Source: Chiloscyllium plagiosum (taxonomy: Eukaryota). Taken from it: a stretch of 57,742 nt of DNA. Shown here one piece after another: positions 25,103 to 39,600 of this stretch (its first letter is position 1; every line of letters begins with the position of its first letter). Below the pieces are notes generated by a model, which saw only the letters and a program-made list of their open reading frames with translations, was not told the DNA's origin and searched no databases. Both the position numbers and the translations under genes were made by a program. The stretch is from positions 62,001-119,742 of the forward strand of contig NW_025215356.1 in NCBI RefSeq assembly GCF_004010195.1, written 5' to 3'.

Positions 25103-28100
25103 TATTAATCACCTAGAATTTGGTGTACAGGCACAATTTCAAAATTTGCAAATGGTACAAAACTTGGAAGTATTGTGATCTGTCCAGGGGTCAGTGCAGG
25201 ATTTCAATAGGACAGAGGGGAATGGGTAGTTTCACGATAATGGATCAGACACCGAATTACTTATGGACATATTGAAATTTTGGACAAGTCATTTTTTTAA
25301 GGCAAAGACTGCAAGCTAAGACTGGCTGTAATGTAACTTCTGAGAATGAAATTCACTGGGATATCCTGCAAGACCCCCTGGAATGTTGCATTATGTAGGA
25401 AGCTAATGACATTTCAGAAGAGTGAATTCAAATAAATAGGTAATCTAATTACTTCTTATCAAAGTGAAAATATATCCTATGTGTTATATTCCAGACAATC
25501 GACAGGAGTTAAAATGTATGTTTGCATTTTACCCTACTAGAAATATAGAAAAGAGGGGTTAAAAATCAAGCAAATGCACCTAGAGTCTGTTTATTAGCAT
25601 GCAGATATGTTGACGGTAGCTGGTATGCTGTAAAGGTTACAATTTTAAAACATTAGACACCCATGCACTGCAAGAAGAAAATATATTACATCATTAAACA
25701 CCCCCAAAGAATGTCAGTTAACCTGCAAAGCCAAGAAACTTGATTGCTCAACTAACATGAATACTACTGATATAAACTAAATAGACATCCAGTGTTCCTC
25801 TTATCTATTCTTCTTTATCAATTGGCTCTAGTAATAATTGTAAAGACTAGAAATTTTATTCATTGTTTATTAAATTTTTCCCACTGTCATGTTGGGATTT
25901 GAACTCAAATATAAAGCCTATCGTGCAGGCTTCAGTATGTTTGAGAGTTCCAGAATTTTGACCTCAGTGACAGTGAGGGAACAGCAATATTGTCCCAACT
26001 CAAGAGGCTGTTTGGCCTGAAATGAACCTTCAGTTGGTAGTTTTCCCATGTATCTGCTGACCTTGTCGTTCTAAGCAATAATGGTTGAGAAGACAGTAAG
26101 GACTGCAGATAGTTGTGCATTTGCAATGTATTGTCAAAGGAGCCTTGTCAAGTTACTGTAGTGCATTTTGTAAATGGCGCACAATGCTGCATTGTGAAAG
26201 GAGGGAATGTTGAAGGTGGTTGATGTGGTGCAAATCAAGCGAGTTGATTTCTTCTGGATGATGGAAAGTTTATTTGAAAAGAGCAAGTAGCTTCATGTTT
26301 AATACAACCATGCAATCAGAGTTGCACAGTGAAGTTGGCAACTTAGCTTCCTCAACTAACAATCATCAATCTGTGGTCTTGATGGTGACTTATGAAAATT
26401 TCCAAAGTATCTTTGAAATGTGGTCAACTACAGTAATGTAGGAAACACTATAGCCAATGTACACACAGTAAGCTCCAACATGCAGGGATATCGTCCAGAA
26501 CATTGGAGAAAATTTCACTCCTTTCGAGACAGATATGGGATTCTTTCATACTTACAAAGAGGGCAGGTGGGACTTTGGTTTATCCAAAAATCTGCTGTGG
26601 GAAAGCTGCTTTGAAGCCATCTTTAATTTTGTTTGGTCTCTGCATCAGAATGTGAACCCTTACCTCCAGACTCAAGCATGCTAACAACTGGGCTAGTTTC
26701 AATTCTGATTTGCACACTCCAGTTCTGCAGAAGTGATCTTCCATACCATCACCACTACAGCCTAGAAAATGTAGTCATGCACGACTGAAAGGGAGTTGAA
26801 TCTGTCAAAAAATAAACCCAAAGAATGCTTTGCTGGTTGTGACTACATGGTTTCAAAATGGTTTATTCTGGGCAGTACAAGAATCACTTGCTTGAAGAAA
26901 ATATACATCTAATTTACTAAATGGCATCAACGGCTCTGCACATTGACTTTGCGTTGAGGGATCCATTTGAAAGACATAAAACAAACTTTTAATGACAAAT
27001 CTCATACAGAAAACACCAGTGAAGTTGGGAAATAAAGTACAGATATTTCATAAAAGCAGCATGCCATTATACATCATGGGTCTCGAGAACCTCAAAGTTT
27101 TAAAGAACAACATGACAAAGGAATGAGTTGTGCGTATCATTCAGTGCCAATAAGGTGGCATACAAGAAGTAAAAATTCCAAACTAAAGATGTAGAGATTT
27201 TTGCCCAATTTACTATTCTACTCCCAGAGTATGACTCAATCCCAAACAGACTGGGGAGACTCCACTGAATCACAAAAGCTGGTTGAGTCCAGGTGATCTT
27301 TTAATTTAACTTTCCAGAATTTATTTTAAAATGTTTATCAAAAAGCAGGCTGTTATGTTGTAGTATTCTTATAGCAGGACATTAAGGAACATGAAAATTA
27401 ATCATCTGTTCATTTTGCCCTATAACCATACAGCTCCGAATGCATCCAGCTTGTCAAATGAATCACTGCTCCATTTTCAAACTTAGAAAGTCATAGGTCC
27501 GGGTACATTTGTTCCTCTATCAGAAGGCCAGACTAGTGGTTTCCCTGCAGAGGTGATATAGAGGTTGTCAGTGAGTAAAGGTTACCCTCAGGGAGATATC
27601 ATTGAATGGGTACATGGCACTCCTGTTAGGGGTATTTTGTTTCAGCCTCCCAGATCAATCTCAGGAAACAACCTCTCTCCTATCCTCAAACACCTACACA
27701 CCCATAAGCACTATATAGAACTATTGATGCTTTATTGCAAGAGCAGAGAACCAAACAGGTCATTATCTGTCTCTAGGATGTCTGACATCATGGCTCGAAT
27801 AGAATGAGAGAGGAATTAAGCAGTAAAATCCTTAAGACTTCACTTTTAAAAAGCTGAGGAATGTGAATATACCCACATATTTGCACATCTGCCCATATAT
27901 TTACCTGCAAAAAAATACAATTGTGTAGGTTGAGGAAAATATTATGCAAGAGATGATCAAGAATAGATATAAACACTTCCCTTTTTTCTAGTTTTATTTT
28001 TTATTCAAAGCCATCTGTTGAATGGGTTGTAAATTTTGGTGCCAGATAATTCAACTGAAATCCATAGAAACAGGTTGGGTCAGATGGTACTTCTAAGGTT

Positions 28101-30541
28101 ACAACTGCATCAGGCTTGTTCTGGAGATTCCAGGAATCAAATTCATCTGCAGGACACTGTTGTTATGAGCAATACCCAAGAGGATAATCATAAGATGCGG
28201 CAAAAAAATGTTTTTCTGACTTCTGCACACTTAGTAGCAGAACAGTTGGGGTGATGGTTTGGCGCAGCTGGACACGACATCTGAGCCCACTCAAGTTTCC
28301 GTGCAGAGCAGAGAATGTAGGCCGACACTCATTCTCACTCCTCACTACTGGATAGGAACTTCTGTGAGGGTGAGAGCACTGGACAAGAAACTAATTGAGA
28401 CTTGTTAACACAAGAACTCCACGCTTGGGTGACAGGCCTGCAACAAACTTGGAGGAAGTGCAATCCAGGAGGCACCTCAAACAGCAGCATTTTAAAAAGA
28501 GTCAAAAAAGAAATCTAACATGTAATGTGTTGGTGAAATAAGGAATACAGAAGTGATACCTTCATACAGTTTCAAAAGACCTGGCAATGTTCCTTTGTTG
28601 CTGATTGTAAGACTGCAGATCTGATATATTTTTCATCTTTTTAAATGTGCAAAATTGAAGATGTATCCTTTTGAGCAACACCATTCAAAGATATTAGAGT
28701 CATGCCTGCAGTAAATAAATCATCCCACTACCTCAAGAAAGCAAGCACTTTGCCAACCTTTATCCTGGAAACCTGTTTGTAAAATCAAGTTTTGTTTTTG
28801 AGCGATTGATTCTGCAGGCCAATCCCACTATTTTCTAGATGCACAGTTCCCTCCTGAAACTCCTGCAGTCCCAAAGTTCTCACTGCAGTGGTTTGCAGGG
28901 TGACCAACTCCTGCACACTGCAAACCTTCACAGATAGTTTCTACAGGATAATCTTTCAAATCCTCTCATTAACAAAGAACCTGTGTGCTCTCACGCATTA
29001 GTGAACAGTTTTGTATTTCCTTTGTCAGCAAATAACTTGATCTGCACAAAGTTTTGCATTTAATTACTGGGATTATTTGATACGAACAGTTCTGTACTTT
29101 TCATGTCTTGAATTTCATTTACTAATTTAGTACAGGTGAAATGTGCAGGTGACATTTTAATAAGATCTTTCCATTTTTAAAACTATCTGCAGCTGCATAC
29201 CTCTACCACTAGATGGGGAATATGCTCCATTTCATTTAGATGGTCATTCAGGCCATCTGTCAATCAACGACAAGAGTAAGTTAGCCAATCCTCCTGCTCC
29301 TCTGTAGCACGCGCACTCCAGATCCTGATCATTTGTTGCATAGAGTTTTCCTCATCTATATTTTGGTCCTTTATCTAATGTCTTCAAACTACTGGAATGA
29401 TTTCAGTCTACACACAGCATGAAGGAAACCTTACTCAACACTGTCTTCAAGACCAGACAATGCCAGCTTCTCAAATCTATCCTTCTATTTGAAGTCTCCC
29501 ATTCCTGAAACCAATATCACAATTCTCTGCCTTACCCTCTCCAAAGCCAATCACATTCTTCTAAACTAGAGCTAAACACAACACTCCAGTTGAGAGCACT
29601 CCAAAAAGGTTCATCATAATTCAGTGTCTTTGTACTCCCAAGCCTCCCGTTACAAAGCTGAACATCCAACATTGTCAACTTTCAACAATGTGTGCACTCC
29701 CAGCTCTTTGTGCACCTGCATTTCTTCCCCATCCCTATCAGAATCATGTGTCTTTTTATTTTAACTTGCTTCCCCTCGTCTCTTCTACTAAACTGTACCA
29801 TTCAAAAATACCAATAACTTCACAATCAGAATCACTGCACAGTTCAGAGAATAATCAAATTCATTTTCCTCCAAAACATCATAGAATATTCACTGGTAGG
29901 TCTGTGTTACCCACCCTCCACATCCCCAGTCTCTGCAGTTCTTCTCCTCATGCTGCAGCCCCAACTGCCCATATACTGTAGAGCTGGACAGTGATTGGAG
30001 CAGACTAACTGATTTGAACAGTAGCATAGTCCAATGTGATCAATGTGACAACTAGCACTGCAAGCATTGGGAATTGTTTTCAACCAGAGATTGTTCTGGT
30101 TTAAAAGGGCTCAGAATGGCAAATGCTGAGTTTATGATGACCAATATTTGAAAGAGGTGCACGGATGCTTCCGAGAAACTGATTGAATCCCAACAGGTTA
30201 AGGCACATCGACTAGCAAGCAGCAGCATTTTACTCAATGTCCACGTGCAAGATACTTCTTAATAAAAGAACAGTGAATCATTTATCATCAGCTTAAAAAA
30301 AATATATTATAAGCTTGCATAAACCATGCCAATATACTACAACAAGACAGAGCAAAATTCTCTGTTTGCCAGAAAGCACTCTCAGACTTGATACTGAAGG
30401 TATATCAAGTTCATCTTCATTTACCTATTCATATGTAAACTAATAATGTTCCGCAGATTATTGCGAGCAGAATCCCGAATTGGCTATCTTCTGGCCACTG
30501 AACATGACGACATTCCAACAGTCAGTTTTTTTCAGGATGTT

Positions 30542-30605
30542 CTAATGCTGAGACCAATTAATATTTTTTAGGTCCACTCCCTCCTGTACCATCTCCCAAA
30601 GAGGA
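30542..30605 (-). CDS. NFS1: NFS1 exon 13 (last coding exon, TAG stop)
   Basis: (S)[20 protein letters not shown]; 64 nt after a 104-nt intron. Confidence 0.96.
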
Positions 30606-33600
30606 CTGCAAGAAAGGGGAAACAAAAATCAGGGAGGGGTGAAAACTCACCAGCTTCCTTTCAAAATAAAAATATACACTAGCATTGGTTAACAAAAGCA
30701 ACACTGCACCTCATCTCCCTCAGCCTCTGCACATGCTGGATGCACTTCTCTGCAGTGTAGTCCACCTCCTCCTCTGTTGTGAAACGCCCGAGCCCAAACC
30801 TGCAAATAAAAGAGACAGTGTCACACAGCATGCAAAAAACACAAAAAAAAGTGTACTCTTCTTAGAAAGCAGTTCTGGATGCAGACAGTGACAGGAAGGG
30901 AAAGAACCAAAGAAGAATTTATGACATCATTGGATTACAGTTGCTGTATAAAACACCCCACATTAAACAAAATGAGTGTAAAGTTTTCTTTGACTATAAT
31001 GGAGAGATATCTCCACTTCCTAGGGATGGGTAAGTAACCTGACAAATCTCAAGGTCAAGTCTCTTATTGGAACATTCATTTAGAGACAGCCATTGCAACA
31101 TGGTTCACTGTTTTCAGGGGATGGGAGCAGAAACAAAAATATTTTTTTTAATTTCAGAATTTGAGGCACTGTATCTAGAACTGGATTTTTTTTTCAATTC
31201 AAATATAGTGGGCGAGCAATTAAGGTGTTCAAGGTGATCAAATACATTAATGGGTTTGACAGGTGCAGTACGGTGGTTGGTAAAGGTTGATGCTACAGAA
31301 CAACATGAATATTCTATGTTCAACTCAAGATGAGGGGCAGCATACAGTATGCTATATTCTCAAAGCATTTAATTCATAGACAATGAATAGCTTCCCACAA
31401 TCAAGTCAAATATCCATAATCAGAAAGGAAGAACGAGGAGCAAGAGAAGTAACCGTCCTAATATCACACCTGATTGAGGAGTGTGCCAAATCCTCATCAG
31501 CACCAATTGCTCGCAGCACATAGGAAGGTTCAAGAGAAGCTGACGTGCAGGCACTATAAATGAAACAAACAATGAAGCATTAATAAAGAATTATAACCAA
31601 AAGTTAAAACTTAAAATGCTACTTTCACCACAAGTCCTCATGTATATTGATACGATCCACGTGAATTGTTACAGGGGGTTAATGTATAGAGCGAGAGCAA
31701 GCGCAAGAAATAGAGAGGAAAAACAACACTGTGCAAAACTTTAGCCATCATTTAAAACCTTTACTAATTCTCACACTTGCAATCTCTGATGTTCTGAGGA
31801 ACATGGAGTAGGAGGGGTGCATCACATTTACAGAGAAAAGAAAACTAACAACCCAAACCTCCCTGGCTGCACAGTTTGTAAAGCTGTGCAGCAAAGATAT
31901 AGAAACTCCAGATTCAAATCTTTCATTCAGAGTTGACTCATCTTAGTGTAGCTTATGACATTTAAAACAGTTACAACACAGGAATTAGTAATTCAACAAA
32001 ACTTGTTCATGTTTGTATTTATCCTTCATTAATCTCATGCACATGCCTTTGTTCCCCACTTTCAACCAGCTACCTAAAATAATTCAACGTTGATATGTCT
32101 TCTGCTTCAACTACAAGCTCTGGTCATTTTTTCCGCAGATTCTTAATCCTGCGTAGAAGGATAAAAAGCTGCCCTTCATCGTAAAATTTCTACATTTAAT
32201 GTTGCGTCATCCACTAGATGGTTTACTTAATCAATCCCATCCTGTCACTTATTAACATTCCAATCCAAACACCCCATATGAACACCACTGTTTAGATGTA
32301 AACAGCACTACATATTCATATACAACAATTCTGGGGGCTGATCTTATAAGATTACAAGGAAGTATGTCTGTTCTGAGAAGCTTTTCACTTTTTTTTGTGG
32401 TGGGTAAAGATGTGTGCATGTGTATCTGTGTGTGTGTGTAGTGAAAAAAGTGGGCGTCAGTATAAGATCGCTCCTAAATCCAATAAGAATTTCAGAGAAA
32501 GCCAGAGAGAACGTGGAACTCAAAAGGAATAGTTGAGGACAACAAAATAGATGCATTTAAGGGAGTCAAGTAAAGAATGAAGGAGAAAGAAAGAGAAGAC
32601 TATGTGAATCAGATTAGATGAATTGGAGTGTTACTTGCAGTGTCATTCCACCAAAATGGATGAGTTGGGCAGAATGGCCTATTTTAAATGTTGTGTGTAA
32701 AGAGGTTTATCAGGTTGTTGCCTGGATTAAACTGCAGAGGCTGAGGAATGACATGATAGAAACATAGAAAATTATGAGGGGAATGGATAGGGTGGACAGC
32801 TGGAATATTTTTCCCCATGGTAGAAATATCAAATATTATGGAGACATAGATTTAATTTGAGGTGGGAAAGTTTGAAGCAAAGGAGATCTACAAGGAAACT
32901 TTTTTTAAAATACAGAGAGATAGGTTCCTGGAACACACTATCAGAGGAGGCAGTAAAAGCAGATACAATAGCAATGTTTAAGAAGCATTTAGACAGACAT
33001 GAACAGACAGGGAATAGAGGGATATTGACCATGTGTAGGCAGATGGGATTAGTTTAGAATAGCATCGTAGTTGGCACAGACATGGAGGGCTGAAGGGCCC
33101 GTTCCTGTGCTGTACAGTTAAATTCAATGTAATACTAAGCCAAATCTAAATTTAGAAATTGTATGGCTTTGAGGTGCTTTGAACGTGGGTTCTCAGGTGC
33201 CTAGCTCTGATATTTGGATAGGCAAAACTTGAGGACAGCCCGATACACTACCTTCCCGACGACAGAGCTACATCTTTCAAAGCCATCAGCAAACTCTCTC
33301 CTTCCACATATGCAAATGACAGGTTAATGCAGCCTGCAAGGTAAACAAACATTTATTAGTACTGTGGAGAAAGTGTGGACTACAAATCCTAGAGATCAGA
33401 GTCAAAAGATGTGGCGCTGGAAACAGCAGGAGAGTTGAAACCTCTGGATACAACACATTATCCTCCGCCATTTGACACATATTGTCACACCCTACCACCA
33501 GAGATATATTTCCCTTCCCCACACCTTTGAGCATTCCGCAGAGACCATTCCCTCAGCAACTCCCTCGTTAAACCCTCACCCCTAATAACCCACCCTCCAC

Positions 33601-36600
33601 TCCCGAACCTTCCCTTGCCACTGCAAGAGGTGTAAAATCTGCACCCATGCCTTCCCCCATTCCCTCACCTCTATCCAAGGCCCAAAGGATCCTTCCACAT
33701 CCAGCAGAGATTTTCCTGCACATCCAAACACCTTATCTACTGTGTCTGTTGCTCTCAGTGTGGTTTCCTCTATACTGGGGAGGCGGATGCCAACTTATGG
33801 AACTTTTCAGAGAACATCTCCGGGACTCGCACCAAACAAGCCCACTGCCCTGTGGCCAAACACTTCAACTCACCCACTCACTCCGCCAAGGACATGCAAG
33901 TCCTGGGTCTCTTCCACTGCCAAATCCTAGCCATGTGACAACTGGAGAAAGAACACCTTATCTTGCGACTTGGAATCCTCCAACCACAGGGAATCAATGT
34001 CTATTTCACCAGTTCGCTCATCTCCCCTCCCCCATCTTATCCCAGATCCAACCCTCCAACTAAGCACCGCCCTCTTGAACTGTCCTACCTGTCCATCTTC
34101 CTTCCCACCTATCTGCTCCACCCACCAGTCGACCTATCACCATCAACCCTTCATTTACCTATTATATTCCCAGTTCCCTTCCACTCCCATTTATCTATCT
34201 CTCAGGCCACATGTGCCACTGCCGCGTAACCCGCACCCCCCTGCCCCACCAAACTTCCTGATGAAGAGCTTATGCTTGAAACGTCAACTCCCCGGCTCCT
34301 CGGATGCTGCCTGACTGGCTGTACTTTTCCAGCACCACACGTTTTGACTGATTTATTTGTACTGCGTCAGACTATAATCAAATAGCAGTTTGAGAAATAG
34401 AAACTTGTTCTCAACAGTGGATTTTTTAAAAAAATCATTCAAGGGATGTTGGTATCACTGACGGCACCAACATTTGTTATTCATCCCAAGCATCCAAAGC
34501 AAGGCATCAGGGTGATAAGTCAAGTAAAGAAATGAATTTCCCCAACTCCATAACAGTCTTTCCAAAAGCTGGAGATGGGTGAGAGAGCAGAGATTATTTA
34601 GTTTTTAAACCTAAAACGCAATAGAGACAAGTGGATATTAAAACCTGTGGCAAAACAGGATAAAATACCATCATTTTCCCGTCCCAATTTATTTTGTACC
34701 TGTAAACTTGCACAATTTGTGATGTGCACTAACTTAAAAGGCACCAATGGATGCAAATACTTGTTCAACTTTCAATTCTAATTATCGGTCTATACCCAAA
34801 ACAGATTGGTCAGCTGACTATTCAGTGTTTATGTTCCAGATTTTCAGTGTTTTTCATTTATCTTAACTGGGATCTGCAAACTCAGTAAAAAATTGAGCTA
34901 GTCATTGTATCCTGCGCTTTCCTCTCAAGCTCTCCATACACTGGTGGAATAGAAGCCACGTGGGAAGACAAATAGATTTATATGCACAAATAGAGGCCAT
35001 TCAGCCCACTGTGTCTGTGCTAGGTTATGCACTCTTTTTTCCCCCAAGAAAATATTTCCATTATAAGACCATAAGACATAGGAGTGGAAGTAAGGCCATT
35101 CAGCCCATCAAGTCCACTTCGCCATTCAATCATGGCTGATGGGCATTTCAACACCACTAGTCATGAAATGAGATTAGATTGCTCCAGAAGAGTTGGAAAC
35201 ATCCTAGGTATGTTCTACTTCTGTAAATCCTATATGTCAATTTTCAAGTTCATATAGTAGAATCAGGTTACCTGGATATCTCTGCTCTGCATCCCCATTC
35301 ATAACCACGTCAGGGAGTCCATTCATTATCTTCATCACCAAACGTTTGGCTAGACTGGACACATGCTTATGGTCATACTGCAGGAATAAGCATAGCTCTG
35401 TTATAAAGCCCATCTGCAGAAAGCCAGCACAAAGCACTTTAGGAGATACATCAAATGTGCGTAGGGAAATAGAGCACCAGATTAAAGGAGTGGGGATAAC
35501 AGTGCCTCTCCATTTCTTGAAGGTGGACAATGGACAAGGACACAAAGTATAGACACAACAGAAAACGCCAAGCAGAATGAATTACTGGCAAGAACGGATT
35601 ACTCTTTGGAATCTCCGATTAATAATGGAATACATGTCATTAACTAGCAACTTTCAGCTATGGATATTATTAGTCAATAGTACTAGCAAATAACCCATCA
35701 GGCTCACTCTTACTATGGTAAGAAGGAATAATCTTTAACATGCGGCCAAACCTACAATCTGCACCTCTGATACCATCATAGTTAGATGGCAATTTAGGTT
35801 CACTTAGTGGTTCAGTCTGAAATGTGCCCAAGATTTGTATCAAGCAAATCGGTGGTGTTTGAAATGACTTCTTCGAGGGGCTCAAGGAGGCCTGAAGGAG
35901 CAGGAGAAAATATGGCATATACCAATGTCAATAACTTAGACCAATAACATTGGTGTAAGAAACAACCTTTGACATTATTTGAATTAGAAACGTATCAAGA
36001 AATCAGAGTAGGTCCATCTCTCTCTCTCTCACACACACACACACTATATTTGTTTGGATCGATGGCTGAAAACACAACAAAATTTGGTATAGTACGCCAA
36101 GACAATACAATACACATTCATCTATCACAAAATAGGGTCTGAAAAATTACTTTTTCTCCCTCCATTAAAGCAGAATGCTCATCAACGGTTTGCCTACCTC
36201 CATCTCCTGCTGGGCTACCTCACATGCTGCCCCAAGCCCAACCACCAGAGGAGTTGGAACAGTTCCTGAGCGCAAGCCTCGCTCCTGCCCCCCACCACTC
36301 TGAATGGCCTCCACTCGTACTCGGGGCCGACGCCGGATGTAAAATGCACCCACACCTAATAGACACAAACAAATACAAATGTTAATCACAAATAACATTC
36401 AAAACTAATATCACTCACTCCCAAGATAACATACTTACAAATAGCATCTTGCATAAAAGGCCCATATGCTCCTGTTGTCATCTCATTCTTGCCCAACTTC
36501 CAGGCCCCATGAATTAATACAGGTTCTCATGTCACTATAATCTCTTCCTATCATGCAGGAACAGTTTCCAGCTATACACTCACCTGAAACTGGCTGCCTA

Positions 36601-39600
36601 TCCATTCCATGCTCTGCATATTTATTTTACATATGAAGTCTCTTTATTTTAAAATAAATGTGAATAGGGTGGAGAGGTTCATGTGATTGATACTACAAAT
36701 CTGTACATTATCTTATAAAAGGCTAGCTTGAACACACTGGGCTTGTTTCCATTGGTGTTTAGAAGAGTGAGGGGTGATTTGATCGAAATATGCAAGATGG
36801 TCCCACTAAGGAAAGCATCCTTTCTCCAGTCACCTTGAGTCCTGACCCAGGAAGAGTTTTCAAACTGATGAAGAGAAATTTTCTCTCTTCTGGGGATGTG
36901 TAACTTTGATATGCTCTTCCTCAGAAGGCAGAATCAAATAGTTTTAGGGCAGAGGGAGACCAATTGTTTGACAAGGGAATCAAATGAAGAAAAGGTTGAG
37001 GCAGCTAGGGTTTTTCTCATTGAAGCGAAGAATGATAAGAGGTGACTTAATAGAGGTGTACAAGATAATGACAGGCATAGATAGAGTGGATAGCCAAAGA
37101 TATTTTCCCAGGGCGGAAATGGCGATCATGAGGGGGCATAATTTTAAGGTTACTGGAGGAAAGTTTATGGAAGATGTCAGAGGTAGGTTCTTTACACAGA
37201 GTGGTGGGTGCGTGGAATGCACTGCCAGTGGTGGTAGTAGAGTCTAACATATCAGGGACATTTAAGCGCACACTCTTGGATAGGCACATGGATGACAGTA
37301 AAATGAAGGGTATGTAGGTTAGTTTCATGTTAGAGTTGGATAAAAGGTTAGCACAACATCGAGGGCCGAAAAGCCTGTACTGTGCTGTATTATTCTAAGT
37401 TCTAAAGGTTATTGGGTGTAGATGTAAATATGGATTTCAGAACACAAACCTTAAATCTGGAATTAAGGATTAATGATGATCGTGAATCTGTTGTCGATTG
37501 TTGGAAAAACCCATGTGGTTCACTAATGCTCTTTAGTGAAGGAAACTGCCATCCTTACCTGATCCAGCCTGCACGTGACACTTGATGCACAACAATGTGG
37601 TTGAGTCTTAACTGCCCTTTGCATAACTAGGGTTGGACAATAAATGCCAGTGATGCCCTTATCCCACAAATGATTTTTTAAACAAGAGTATTCCAAGCAG
37701 TTATTACACCTGACTATTCCAACACATAAGTTACACTCAATTCTACCTAGCAGGAGAGCCACGGATTGTGACAAAGCTTTCAATAGGTAAGCGAAAGGGA
37801 GTTCAAAGAGATGGAGCAGTGCACATATGAGAGAGGAAGCCTGACTCCATGTTAGGCATTGCAGCTGTTAGCTGTGCTGCTAAAGGTCAAGTAAAAATAA
37901 GGCGTCTGTGTAGTTGGGGCTCCAAGTCCTATGGCATTTAAGCAGTGATGGTTCAGAAAAATCCTAGGAGTGACATGGAATCAGTGCAGTTTGCCAATTA
38001 CAGTTGCAACATGCTGAAAACCCACATGTAACAATTGCATAATGCAACCAACCTGGTTTGAAGGTCAGAAAGAGTAAAAATCCAGCAGCAGTATTAGCTT
38101 GGTAAAATTAGCAGCTTGTGAAAAGCTGGAGTCGTGCTTATTAATGCACAAAAATCCAGGGGAGCTTAATCCTGAAAAAGGAAGGTGGTTCAGAATGTGG
38201 GCAGTTGTTAACAAGTAACCTTTGAGGAAGTTTCAAAGATTGCTGAGAGATTAATTTTCAGATACAATCAAACCAATGTACTTTGGGTGATGACTGACCA
38301 TTGTCTATCACTCATACTTGCCTCGTGTTACATTTGGGATGTTTGAATATAATTCATATTTACCCTTTCAGAGTGTAACAACTTGTTTTACAATCAATAA
38401 TCTTTGTAACTTTGTGAAGACTTTATTTGCAATAAACTCGTTATTCTTTACTGACTAAAGGAGACATGATTGAATTGTTTCTAATTCTAAATGAAATACA
38501 ATCTAAAACCATATAAAATTGGTCATGGTAAAAATATATAATCAGCGGAGGAATGGGACTAGAAATGAATCCAACAACTTTGATTATGACAAGTGCCTCA
38601 TTTGATTTGTGGAAAGCAAAATACAACTTGCATTTGATAGTACGTCAACAAACGAGCAGCATATTAAAACCTGTATACAGTCATGCTTCATTATAGAAGT
38701 AATCAGATAGTAGTCACATCAGCATATCAGCCTGAAATCTGAAAACACTCCAAATTGGCAAGGTTCCTTGATCTAACAATTAAAGACTCAGCAGGATCTC
38801 AAAAAGTCTTTACTTCAAACAATTTGGTTTCTCGCCTGAAAAGGAACAACTTCAATACAGGTCGTATTTGGCAGAACACATTACGCATTATATGATTTAA
38901 TAAAATAGTCATTAAAAAGAATACTATTTTGAGATTTACCAAGAGCAATAAATAGGGAAATACTAATGGATGTACAAACAGAATTAAAAAATAGTTTAAG
39001 CACACAAGTCTCCACAACTGAAATGAAATTAAAAAACTTTCACTCCCCGCCCTATTTCAAATACCATTAGTTGCAAGCCAATACAGTTAAATAGAAGTAA
39101 CAATATAGTTGAAACTTAATGCTGGTACAGAGCTTTCAAATGATGAACTTTTAACTGAATTCAAAAGAAATTTATACCTTTAGGGCCATAAAGTTTGTGG
39201 CCACTGATAGACATTAGATCAATCTTCATTTTGTTCACATCCAGAGGAATTTTGCCAACAGCCTGTGCAGCATCCGTGTGGAAAAATACTTTCTTAGCTT
39301 GGCAAATACGACCTACATCAGACACAAAATAAGTGAAGGTCTACCAAGAGATAAAAGAGCTGAACATCAGTATTGGGCAGTTCATCTTAATTGACAAATC
39401 TCAAGCAAACAATTTATTCTTGGCAATTCACTTTCCCTCCTTTGCTGTTGATATTGCCAAGTTGTTAGTGTACAGTTTTACAGAGCCCAGGAACTCTCCA
39501 GTGACTCAAATGATCACTCTTTACATGCAAGTCCACAGCGAGTCAGAGCCTGATCTCATACAATGAGCACAAACATGTCTCCTTCCGCAGGTGTTCATAG

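Noticed and set aside
26700..30541. NFS1 poly(A) site and 3' UTR end
   Set aside because: Several AATAAA/ATTAAA candidates on minus (for example 29755-29760 and about 27995), but none can be chosen from sequence alone.
36017..36043. (TC)n(CA)n microsatellite, and (TG)n near 32411-32440
   Set aside because: Short, ordinary intronic simple repeats.
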